Part shown: piece by piece, positions 52,535-64,000 of the stretch
Layout of the letters: each line of letters starts with the position of its first letter
How positions within the stretch are numbered: the stretch's first letter is position 1
Assembly (NCBI GenBank): GCA_951406725.2
Contig: OX597821.1
Coordinates: 61,070,001 to 61,134,000 of the forward strand
DNA: 64,000 nucleotides
Source: Octopus vulgaris
Taxonomy: Eukaryota
Direction: 5' to 3'
Notes under the pieces: model-generated
What the model was told of the DNA's origin: nothing
What the model saw: only the letters and a program-made list of their open reading frames with translations
The model's database searches: none
Translations under genes and position numbers: made by a program

Positions 52535-52976
52535 GACACACACATAGACGCACAGACACATACAGTCACATTCACACAGTCACACTCACATGCACACGTG
52601 TATGTATGTATTTGTTTGTGTGTGTGTGTGCGTGGGCGTGTGTGTGCAATCATCTGTTTTCTCAGCCCCTTCCATTATTGTTCTTGACTCCTGTTTTTCA
52701 AAGAGAAGTCTGCAAAACACTTCGACCGAGGAGTGGCTACATGGTAGTGAAAACATGTTATTAGAGAATGCATATTCTAATGATACGTCTCTAAATTTTC
52801 AACGCCAGCCGAAACGTAAACATAACAGAATTGGAGAAATGATGCAGTAAATACGATTATCCCAAAGATCACTGGTATCCACGGTTGATAATTTTAAGGT
52901 ATTCTAGCGTATTCTCCAGACTTCATGAATGGAAATAATGTCATGACAATATAAATGCATTATTATTAGTAACAGT

Positions 52977-53493
52977 GGAGGCGCAATGGCCCAGTGGTTA
53001 GGGCAGCGGACTCGCGGACGTAGGATCGCAGTTTCGATTCCGTGACCGGGCATTGTAAGTATTTATTGAGCGAAAACACCTAAAGCTCCACGATTCTCCG
53101 ACAGGGGGTGGTGGTGAACCCTGCTGTACTCTTTCACCACAACTTCCTCTCACTCTTTCTTCCAGTTTCTGTTATACCTGTATTTCAAAGGGCCAGTCTT
53201 GTCACACATTGTATCACGCTGAATCTCCCCGAGAACTACGTCAAGGGTATACGTGTCTGTGGAGTGCTCAGCCACTTGCACGTTAATAAATTAGCTATTA
53301 CGTCACTGGTGCCAAGCTTTATCAGCCTTTGCCTTTCCCTTGGATAACATCGGTGGTGTGGAGAGGGGAGGCTGGTATGCGTGGGCGACTGCTGGTCTTC
53401 CATAAACAACCTTGCCCAGACTTGTGCCTCGGAGGGTAACTTTCTAGGTGCAATCCCATGGTCATTTATGACCGAAGGGTGTCACAACAACAA
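52977..53493 (+). mobile_element. tRNA-derived SINE, family B, long form with (CAA)n tail
   Basis: Same ~180-bp head as 28419 but a different 3' half. ATTATTAGTAA flanks both ends as a likely target-site duplication. Confidence 0.9.
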
Positions 53494-53753
53494 TTATTAG
53501 TAATCCAAAGATAGGTGGATATGGACGGCAAACTCATAAGCTTGCTTCACCTTCAAAATATAAAGTCACAGGATTGAAGATATCCACTAGCATATAAATA
53601 TACACGCTTGGATAAGCTAACACTTACGCGGGCGCGCGCACACACACGCACATCTTTGTATATGTCTGTATACTTATTTGTATATGTATGTATCTCTCTT
53701 TCTCTCTCTTTCTATCTCTCTCTCTCTATGTATGTATATATATATATATATAT

Positions 53754-54400
53754 AAAATTAATCAAAGGACATACTAAGTATATCTACCTGCTGGAAAGAT
53801 TAGTCAAAACAATTATTTAATTCGCCCAATAATAACTACACAAATCAACCGTCCGAAGGCAAACGAGCTAACACAATCTCCCAACGTGCATTGAAGTATT
53901 TGGACTCACGTAGACCGGTTTCTGCTCTGGCAAAATAGCCTCAGGTTACTCAACACGCGTTACCATAATAGAGACTTCCAACCCATTGTGTTGAAGTCTG
54001 TGTTGCAACTGTTCGTTTTGCGCCGAAATCATGACAGGCACCAGTGTGAAAATAATTTCAATAAATAGCAAATTAGTCACGAGAAAAAAAAAATACTGCA
54101 CGAAAAAGTAATTTGCGAAATACCATTGACTCTGTTATTATCTTGTGTAACAATTCAAGGACAATAATAACAGAGTCAATAATATAGGCGATTGCAGGCC
54201 TCCAAAAAGCGTTAAATAGCTGAAGGATTAAAATTAATCAAAGGACATATTACGTATATCTACCTGTTGTGAATAACAGTCAAAATTCTTATTTAAATCA
54301 CCGAAATACACAAATAATAACTACAGAAATCAACCGTCGGAACACAAGCGGGCTAACACGATCTCCCAACATACATTCAAGTATTTGGACTCACGTGGAC
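53754..54400. repeat. Tandem ~476-bp unit (~1.35 copies) with an internal 17-bp perfect hairpin
   Basis: AAAATTAATCAAAGGACATA...AAGTATTTGGACTCACGT occurs at 53754 and 54230. Inverted repeat at 54125-54141 / 54164-54180. Confidence 0.75.
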
Positions 54401-54445
54401 AGTTCTTGCGTACATATATATATATTTTTATATATATATGTGTGT

Positions 54446-54496
<51 letters not shown>

Positions 54497-54504
54497 CATA
54501 CAAG

Positions 54505-54780
54505 GGCGGTTTGAAAATGTCCCTCGACGACTGTCATATTAACCATCGTCAGTGGTTCACTCTGGCCGAAGATTGTGACGCCTGGTGTCTCACTGCTAAG
54601 AATGCTGTTTCCTCTTTCGAAAATAGCCGCAGGGCCGCTTACGAGGACAAAAAGCGCTGAAGGAACAACCGCAACACCACGTCATCAAATCCTGAGTAGA
54701 ATTGCAACTGCAACCACAGCAGCCTTACCCGCCTGTTCTTCACTGGCCTTGTCAGCCACGTGTCTTCTTACACTGAATAT
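54505..54780 (+). mobile_element. RTE LINE 3'-end fragment
   Basis: LKMSLDDCHINHRQWFTLAEDCDAWCL...AVSSFENSRRAAYEDKKR parallels the C-terminus of the RTE element at 28880-29134. Confidence 0.7.
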
Positions 54781-54788
54781 AAATAAAC

Positions 54789-54902
54789 GTTAACACAACG
54801 TTTTGGTTAATATACCCTCCAGCCTTCATCAGGTGTCTTGGGGAAAATTTCGAACTTGGGTTCTCATTCCTAAGGTATTTTTCGATGTTATTGTTGTTGT
54901 TG

Positions 54903-54956
<54 letters not shown>

Positions 54957-55035
54957 TTCAGGTCACTGCCTGGAATTGAACTCGGAATGTTGGGGTTAGT
55001 AGCCCGTGCTCTTACCCACTACGCCATATGCCCGT
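54789..55035 (-). mobile_element. Solo copy of the Penelope 3' repeat: tRNA-like head, (AAT)n and mutated hammerhead
   Basis: Homologous to 49665-49955. Minus strand TGGCGTAGTGG...GAGTTCAATTCC, then (AAT)n, then GACAC CTGATGA AGGCTG...TAACC AAAAC GTT GTGTT. Confidence 0.8.
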
Positions 55036-55152
55036 ATTAGTTATGATATTTTCCATATAGAACATAGTAGCGTACAGTATAAATCTCGTCCACCTTCAGA
55101 TTTTACCCACGTTAGCATTTGGGCATCTGTCGTGTGTGAATAGATAATTGAA

Positions 55153-55775
55153 CAAAATTGGAGTCTACGTTTGGACATTTATTTTTTAATCACTATAATT
55201 GTTCAACGCAAAGTAGTTCTCCAGGCGTGCAGGTACTTGATTATGCAAGTGTTTCTCAACATTATGAGATTTAGCTGTGTTTCCTCAGGCGATATGCAAA
55301 TATTGTATCCGTACATGCCAAATCCTCAGTTTCAAGAACATTCTGCTACTGTTAAATTGATTGCCGTTTTAAAGGGACCGGTTTTGATTACAAATCAACA
55401 GTACAAAGAAATCAAATGTCAATCACTTTAAAACGGAACCATTTTAATAGTAGCAGAATCACTATCACACTATCTCTAAACATTCAAAGCAGTTTGCCAG
55501 CGGTTCTTAAGCAGCAACACACCCTAGCAAGCTCAGTAACTACTACTAAATTCAGGCCATGACAGACAGAGAAGATGTTCTTGAAGCCGAGGATTTGAAA
55601 TTTACGGAGACAATTTCTACATATCGGCTGAGGAAACACTACTAGATCTCATAATGCTGGAAAACAGCTGCGTAATCAAATACCTACACGTCTGGAGAAC
55701 TACGTTGCGTTGAAACAATTGTAGTGATTAAAAAATAAGTGTCCATAGTACTCCTTCTTGTAGACGCCAATTTTT
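55153..55775. mobile_element. MITE-like element with ~125-140-bp imperfect TIRs
   Basis: GGACA.TTATTTTTTAATCACTA...GTAGTTCTCCAG...CATTATGAGAT...GTGTTTCCTCAG.CGATATG is mirrored at 55620-55744. Confidence 0.75.
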
Positions 55776-55814
55776 TTAACTGTATCTATCTAACAATCTA
55801 TCTATAAAATATAT

Positions 55815-56036
55815 ATGTGTGTGTGTGTGTGTGTTCATGTGTGTATTTGTAACTGTGCTTGTGCCCCACTACCGCTTGACAACTGGTGTTAGCGTGTTTC
55901 CATCCCCCTAACTTTGCGTTTCGGTAATAAAGACGATAGTAATAGGGTCTATTTATTCCACTTAAAAATATTTAAAGCGGCGCCGCGGGATGGCCTCAGT
56001 GGAACGACTAATAAAAGTAAAAGGAGAGATAAAAGA
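55815..56036 (+). mobile_element. Diverged SINE family A 3' half
   Basis: TTGTGCCCCACTACCGCTTGACAACTGGTGTT...CCCCTAACTT.GCG.TTCGG...AAGTAAAAG. Confidence 0.65.
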
Positions 56037-56425
56037 AAGTACTCACGACTGAGGATGTGGTACGCCGCCGGGTCGAAACGTTAGAAATTTCAAATCTCTT
56101 CTGCCAGTGCATAGAAAATCTACTGCAATGCCTGACAGCGACAAAACTTTACACTGAAAGCTGTAAATATAATATTTATCTAATATATCAGGAATGCATC
56201 GTTAAGTAGGATATAGTGTTATGTTATCTGATGTAAAACAACAGTATAAACATATTGTGAATTCTTTAGATTTTCCCCATTATATTTATATCTCGTCGGT
56301 CAATAATATCTGGGGAATTGGAATGTCATTTGGTTGGCGCCCGGCTTGGATTGTAAAAAAAAAACATGCAGTTTTTAAGATTCAGATATATAGTTATTTT
56401 AATGCATATATGTTGGCGTAGCTTC

Positions 56426-56469
<44 letters not shown>

Positions 56470-56549
56470 CATACGTACGTGTACACACGGATATATACAC
56501 ACACACCAACTCACAAAAACGTGTTTATATATTTATGTAAATATTATGT

Positions 56550-56592
<43 letters not shown>

Positions 56593-57042
56593 CACAGACA
56601 CACACACACACACACACATGTAAACGTGCGGACTCTGCGTGAATTAGGAAACAGAATTTTGTAAACAGAATTATAAGCCTTCACCATATATTGACTACAG
56701 AAAGTAGTCTAATGGTAGAGCATATAAGCTAAATGTAATGGTAGAGCATATACGCTAAATGTACTGACAGGTTTGCACAATTATTGCGAAAATAAGAGAT
56801 TGGGGTTCGATTCCCATGCATACTAATGTCCTTTTATTCGTAAAGTGGGGCATATATATTCTAATATTTGTATTTTTTTTATATGTATATACATTAACGA
56901 TTGTTTTTTCTGCTCAGTTATAATAAAGAAATATCATATCTTATGGGTTACACTATACTTTTGCACGGTGCAAATTTATTATCCTTAAACAAGAATGTAG
57001 TTGACTGTGACTTCGAAGTTTGGGCTTTGCTGGACGAAATTC

Positions 57043-57111
<69 letters not shown>

Positions 57112-57114
57112 TGA

Positions 57115-57390
57115 AGGGGCGTGACTTAGTGCGTACAGCTTTCAGCCCACAATCGTAAGGTCATGAGTTCAATTGCCGGGGACGTGTTGTGTGATTTAGC
57201 AACACACTTTATTTCACGTTGCTAGCAAATTGAGTCGTAGTTGTATTTCAAAGAGCCAGTTGAATCTCTCCGTGGACTACGTTAAAGGTATACGTGACTG
57301 TGGAGTGTCCAGCCACTTGCACGTTACTTTCATGAGCAATCTGTTCCGCTGGTCGTATCAGCTGTGGCACTCGTCGTCGTAACCGACGGA
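57115..57390 (+). mobile_element. Diverged tRNA-derived SINE related to family B
   Basis: GTGACTTAGTG...GAGTTCAATT head. TGTATTTCAAAG.GCCAG...GGTATACGTG.CTGTGGAGTG..CAGCCACTTGCACGTTA is shared with 53180-53285. Confidence 0.7.
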
Positions 57391-57401
57391 GTTTTCCTAT
57401 A

Positions 57402-57434
57402 TCTATATAAAACTGAGAATGTGTCTGTCTGACC

Positions 57435-57472
<38 letters not shown>

Positions 57473-57610
57473 GTGAATCCCTAAAACTTGAGAACTACAC
57501 AACCAATTTCATTCAAATTTTACACATGCCTTACTTAGGGTCCATGTAGTGTCATGGGGAAAAAGTTTCTAACTTCTTGCCTAGGGCGAGCCCACAGCAA
57601 TATCATATCT
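57402..57610 (+). mobile_element. Helitron-like 5' fragment
   Basis: A|TCTATATAAAACTGAGAATGTGTCTG(TCTG)n...AACCAATTTCATTCAAATTTTACACA has the same layout as 15240. The 3' end was not identified. Confidence 0.6.
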
Positions 57611-57824
57611 TCTCTACTATTTCAGTATTACGTGTTAAAAGTGAAACAAAAACATCTCAGATTTGTTTATCAGTTGCTTGACCTCAACCAGTTGAGAATG
57701 TCGCTTGTGTCTGACGAAATATGCATTTCTGATCACGAACAGAAGTAGTGGGGCACTATCATGGCCATGCATTGAGAAGAATTCTTTGAGTTTTGAATAA
57801 TTCACCTCTACAAACAAGGATGTT

Positions 57825-58113
57825 TCATTCAATATCCTTAAACAACTCTTAGTTAACGACATTTTGGATGGGATGGGCTACTCGATCCGATGTAAATTCT
57901 TACTGGGCCCCACCTGGAAAGTTATGCGCTGTTTATCTTGATATGAAATCACCATGTCGCGCAGATATGGTTGTGATGCATGTGCCTGGGTTACCCTTAA
58001 GACGTGTAGTCATGATTGTTATAATGGGCTTCATATATTTTATCCCAGTGTCACTTTGATGGCATGCACTGCTCACTCACACAACAACAACAACAACAAT
58101 AACAATAACAATG

Positions 58114-58165
<52 letters not shown>

Positions 58166-58222
58166 TAATAATAATAATAATAACAATAATAATAATAATA
58201 ATAATAATGATAATAATAATAA
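57825..58222 (+). mobile_element. Retroposon 3'-end repeat with long (AAC)n(AAT)n tail
   Basis: ...CCCAGTGTCACTTTGATGGCATGCACTGCTCACTCAC is followed by ~140 bp of (AAT)n. Homologue at 34527-34789. Confidence 0.75.
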
Positions 58223-58699
58223 TTACAAGAGCAAAAACCTAAAATAATGCTGATGAATAAAAATAGTTTTGCGCTGCATAATTTTATAATAAACGGAATT
58301 TAGTTAAACATAAATGCCAAATGTATTATAGTATGAAATAATTTCATGCATATTTTCCATACCATGGCATAAAATGGTTTTATGAAACAAAAATGTTGTA
58401 CGTAAACTGGTCGTGCATCTTGTTTCAGTCATCCGCTGAGACAACACTGCATTACGTAAAAAATGTTATCTTTGATACTTGGGTCATATCTATATTCCGA
58501 TTTAATACACGGGTGTGTGGGAGCTATGAAGTTCGAGAACAATGAAAAAAGCAGAATGTTAAAAGGGTTTTCTTAATGCTAAAATGAGTATGGAATAATA
58601 TTCTACCATATATTTCTTAAAACGTTTAGAGATTTCAGTGTTTCACTCTGGTTTATTTTTAATTCAAAATGGCTACGTACAAATATACACGCGTACGCG

Positions 58700-58826
58700 A
58701 AAGACACCGATAGAATAAGTACTACGCTTACAAAGAATAAGTCCTGGGGTCGATTTGCTCGACTAAAGGCGGTGCTCCAGCATGGCCACAGTCAAATGAC
58801 TGGAACAAGTAAAAGAGTTAAAGAAT
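58700..58826 (+). mobile_element. SINE family A 3' fragment
   Basis: ACCGATAGAATAAGTACTA.GCTTACAAAGAATAAGTCCTGGGGTCGATTTGCTCGACTAAAGGCGGTGCTCCAGCATGG. Confidence 0.88.
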
Positions 58827-58903
58827 TAAGAAGAGTGATAAATATGATATACAACAATGTATATATCGTGCGTGTGTGTGTGAACATGTATACACATACG
58901 TGC

Positions 58904-58967
<64 letters not shown>

Positions 58968-59479
58968 ACACACACACATACACAATCATATGTATGCATA
59001 TATATGCGTGTATTTGATTAATAAATTTGAAGAAAAAATGTATACAAACATAACTACATAAGAGTGTATATATATACATTACAGCCTTAACTGTCAATGT
59101 GTGTCGGTCTGCTATTGTATAATTGTGTGAACATATACGCATTTCTTCCTCACAAACTTCCTACAATCATAGCTAAAGTAGGTCTTCTATTTCTCAGATC
59201 AATTTGAGAAAATCTCTTAACAACACTGGAGTTCAGTGTGTGAAAAATCTTCAGACCGATTAAAATTATAGGGCAGGAACTTAACAATTCTAATTTTTAT
59301 ATGATAATAAAAGGCAATACAAATGATATCGATAATTGGTTTCTGGTACTGGCTGCCTTCTTTTTTTCTTCTTCGTCATCTCTTCTGTACTTCCTATATA
59401 CGGACAAGTTTATTGAACAGTTGAACACAAGTATTATGGCAAAAGAAAAACAAATCAATCAGTAACTTACACACAGACA

Positions 59480-60018
<539 letters not shown>

Positions 60019-60019
60019 T

Positions 60020-60210
60020 CTACCAAAAGTGGAAGATCAAATTTATTGAGGACTTATTTAGTCCCCACAGAAACCCATCTCAATAACCTCCACTTGGAAG
60101 CTGAGCTGAGACTGAAGAATTGTACAGCCATCCGTGCAGATCGTGTCGGCAGAAGAAAAGGTGGGCCCGCCACTTTCGTGCGCGATCCTTTTTCGGCTGA
60201 AGGAAAGGAC
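60020..60210 (+). mobile_element. LINE apurinic-like endonuclease fragment
   Basis: TETHLNNLHLEAELRLKNCTAIRADRVGRRKGGPATFVR matches the TETxL...R.DR..R.GGGV..YV motif of LINE APE domains. Confidence 0.7.
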
Positions 60211-60736
60211 GTATTTACTAACGTATTTACCTCGCACTCAACAAAGGAAATTACAGAGAATCTGCAACAATGATTCATCTATGGACCTCGGAAGACGAAG
60301 TGGCCTGCCTGTTTCCCCGACTTAAACCCAGAGGACACTTAAACATCAGAGGAGATCTAGAAATTGCTATGTTCCATGAACCAGCACCTTTCCCAACTTA
60401 TTTCAAACAAATGCTTGTTTATTTCTATTTCTCCCATATTTACGGCTATGTATTAATTTCAGAATATATATCAAACAGTTAATTTCATATTTTCTTGTTT
60501 ACATGATAATTTGAAACAGTGAAAGTTTACGTAAATACGGTAAGTGGTCGTAGTCTCTGTACTGTTTTACGAAACCTCAAATATGTTACACTCCACGCGT
60601 ATACAACTTTTGCCATTATTCTGTGAAAATGTCGTTGAAATCCAACGAGTAGTTTCCAAATAAAATTTTTCGTATGTTACATCGTGAATAATATGAATCG
60701 CAGTGGATATATATGAACTCAACTCAGATTTGTTAA

Positions 60737-60738
<2 letters not shown>

Positions 60739-60781
<43 letters not shown>

Positions 60782-60788
60782 ACACAGA

Positions 60789-60855
<67 letters not shown>

Positions 60856-61624
60856 TGTGTATATATAGTATGACTTGAAATTTACGAAGTGTACACTGGA
60901 ATCAAAGGTTGATGAGGCTAATCACTTTTACTATTTTACGTCCTTCACCCAACATGGTCACTGTTTACAGACTGAAAGAAGTAAAATACAAAAATAGCCT
61001 TGAGAGGACCCAAACATTCTGAATACATCTGGTAATATAAAAATAGCTTATGAATCTGTTTCTTAGATTATATTTGTAGTTCAGGAATGAAACCTTTTCA
61101 GGCGTAATGAGCCGTATGTATTGCTTGTGACAGTCGATTATACTAAGAGTACGCCTGTCTTTCGAATATTCACCAACTAATTTTCTGAGTAGCGAATCGA
61201 GTTGATTGAGAAAAAGAGAACACCCATCGTCTAAATTGAGATCTATTTGTGTTTTATGTGAATATACATATACATACATATGTGTGTGTGTTTACGTATA
61301 TGTATATATATATATATCTGTGTGTGTACGCTTGTGTATGTGTGCATGGTGTGTGTTTAAATACTTACATACATGCATACATATATTTATACTTACATAT
61401 ATATGTGTGTGTGTGTGTGTGTATGTGTGTATACACACACACATACACGCGTGTGCAAATGTGTACATATATATATCAGTATGTTAAGTTTATTTTGAAG
61501 GCAGTCTCAAAGAATTGTACAAAGACTTTTATATCTACGTGTAACGAAATACAACATATATAAAACTTACAAAAATAATTCTAACTGTTTGAAACTGTTA
61601 TTTTCTTATCAAATAACAATGGCC

Positions 61625-61670
<46 letters not shown>

Positions 61671-61770
61671 AGGTAGTAGTAGTAGTAGTAGTAGTGGTAG
61701 TAGTAGTAGTAATGTCGATGATGATTATAATAAAAGAGCAATATATATATTCTTAATATATATATATATA

Positions 61771-61832
<62 letters not shown>

Positions 61833-61864
61833 TACACATACATGTGTGTGTAAGAATACATTTG

Positions 61865-61911
<47 letters not shown>

Positions 61912-61934
61912 TATAAAGATATCTATATATATAC

Positions 61935-61981
<47 letters not shown>

Positions 61982-63011
61982 GTAATCTTCCTTTTGAGAG
62001 ATTTTTCATCTTTTTGGTTTCATTTATATTAATGTTTTTCATTATTATTGTTCTTCTTATCATTTTTACTACTACTACACTTATTTTTATTACCAATTTT
62101 GGTACTTTTTATTTTTTATGATGGTCTTTAATATTATTGTTATTATCATTATTTTTATTTTATTTTTCTAATAACAGTTCCCTAAGCTAATGGCCAATGC
62201 TCATTAGCTTAGTTCACGCTTTATTGATCTTTTCGTGTTTTATTTCACTGTGAAACAGTTGCACATCTCTGAGGTCTCTATTGCAGCTCTAGGATTCTCA
62301 CAATCTCTACCTCTATCTCGCTCTTTCTATCGCCTTTTACATTCTCTCTAAAACACTCATTCTTTCTCACTCACAGACGCTCTCTTTCTTTCTCACACAC
62401 AAACACACACACACACACTCTCTCTCTCTGTCTCTTCCTCTCTTTCTCTCTCTACAACATATAGGCCACAACCACTCTAAATTGTAACCCGAACAGTCTC
62501 TAATTCTCCTCTCTGTCGCTTTTTAAATCTACTCTCTTCATAATTCGATCATTCTTTCATACAATAATCCTTTGTTGCGTTTTCTTTCGTTTCGACAAAC
62601 CGCCCCCTTTAAAAATTTCTCCATTTCTTTCATTCTTTTCTTCCTTTCTTTCTTCCCACCCCTTTCTCTCTAATCTTTATTTACTTCTTCCCCAATCTCT
62701 TTCTTTCCTTTCTCCTTTCTTTCCTTTCTTACTTTCTTATCACCCTTCTATTTTCTTGCTTTCTATATTTCATGGTACAACAATACATTTTGCATAAGTG
62801 AAGTTTTCGCATTTTTCCATGAATTTTTTTCCCCTCTTCATTGTTAAATTAATGAAGATAAGAAACAGGAAAATCAATCGAACTTCTGATCTGAATTGTG
62901 CTCTATTTATACAAGTTCAAACACGCATTTACGCATGTACTTACACACGGATTTTCTCTCTATACATATGCATTCACACTCACGTATACACAAATAGATA
63001 TGAATAATATA

Positions 63012-63082
<71 letters not shown>

Positions 63083-63262
63083 GTATATATACCTATATGA
63101 TGTACCTATATCTATGTATATATATTAGCACATATATTTATATATGTAACTACTATGTATATATGTATTTAGGTGTGAATATATATGCGTGTAAATAAAT
63201 TCGTCGCTAGAATTGTAAATGTATATACATAGTGAAATATGCACATAGATACATAAATACGT

Positions 63263-63293
<31 letters not shown>

Positions 63294-63434
63294 CATATAT
63301 ACATACATACATATATATATATATATACATATATACATATATATATATACGTAGATACAAACATATATATATGTATATATATATAAATATATATATATAC
63401 ATATATATATAAATGTATGTAAGTACACACACAC

Positions 63435-63484
<50 letters not shown>

Positions 63485-63600
63485 GTAAACGCGTCTCAGT
63501 GGTTGTGCCTGTGAGTTTACGCGGAAGGTTTTGTGAGTGTGTATATGCACACATATGCACACATGCGTGGTATGTGCGCAAAATTGGGCGTGTGTGTTAA
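60739..63600. repeat. Microsatellite-rich region: (CA)n, (TA)n, (GTA)n and CT-rich tracts
   Basis: Directly visible. No credible ORF. Confidence 0.9.
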
Positions 63601-64000
63601 AAACAAAAACTGCATACATTTGTGTATTGTATTTTGTATGCATTTTATTAGTGCGTGATAATGTTTATGTGTTTTGGTAGCCAGCTTAAAACCATTCTGT
63701 TATGGGAATAGAAGACTGCTTCAGTTTCTATAGATTGTTCCAGGAAATAAAAAACATAAAAATAATAAGAAAAAAACCTACTATAATGAAATGATCTGTA
63801 CAATGAAAACAATTTCATAATAGATGTACAATATCCCAGTTTCCTGTGAAAAATCAATATTATTGATAAAGTATGTTTAGAAATGTCGAAATTCAAGAAA
63901 TATAAGATATTCATTTGAATTTGTCGAATTCATGAATTATTAAAAACACGGCTGAATACACACATACACCAACATAAAAGGAATATATGTGAACACACGC

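Noticed and set aside
56045-56090. CTGAGGA...GAAACGTT hammerhead-like spacing
   Set aside because: Neither stem I nor a properly placed stem II can be formed.

Overview
AT-rich, microsatellite-dense eukaryotic DNA whose repeat families look like an octopus/cephalopod genome (inference from remembered SINE families, not a search). Almost all ORF-track entries are artefacts of (TA)n, (CA)n, (AAT)n or a minisatellite. No complete gene is visible, only two candidate terminal coding exons on the minus strand (41757-42037, 25413-25513). The window is mostly transposon debris: Tc1 and mariner remnants, tRNA-derived SINEs of at least three families, RTE, Dong/R4-like and APE-endonuclease LINE fragments, Penelope-like fragments, non-autonomous Helitrons (one apparently enclosing a 3.25-kb 22/23-bp minisatellite) and fold-back MITEs. 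The standout is a non-coding ~350-bp tandem unit that carries a type I hammerhead ribozyme. It occurs as a young dimer at 48069-48698 (+), with cleavage sites exactly 350 nt apart and a rare U3-A8 core. A diverged copy lies at 19899-20335 (-), with a canonical C3-G8 core and compensatory changes in several hairpins. This is the signature of a non-LTR retrozyme that could yield a ~350-nt circular RNA. A second, minimal hammerhead sits behind a tRNA-like head at the 3' end of a Penelope-like element. All alignments, counts and folds were done by eye.
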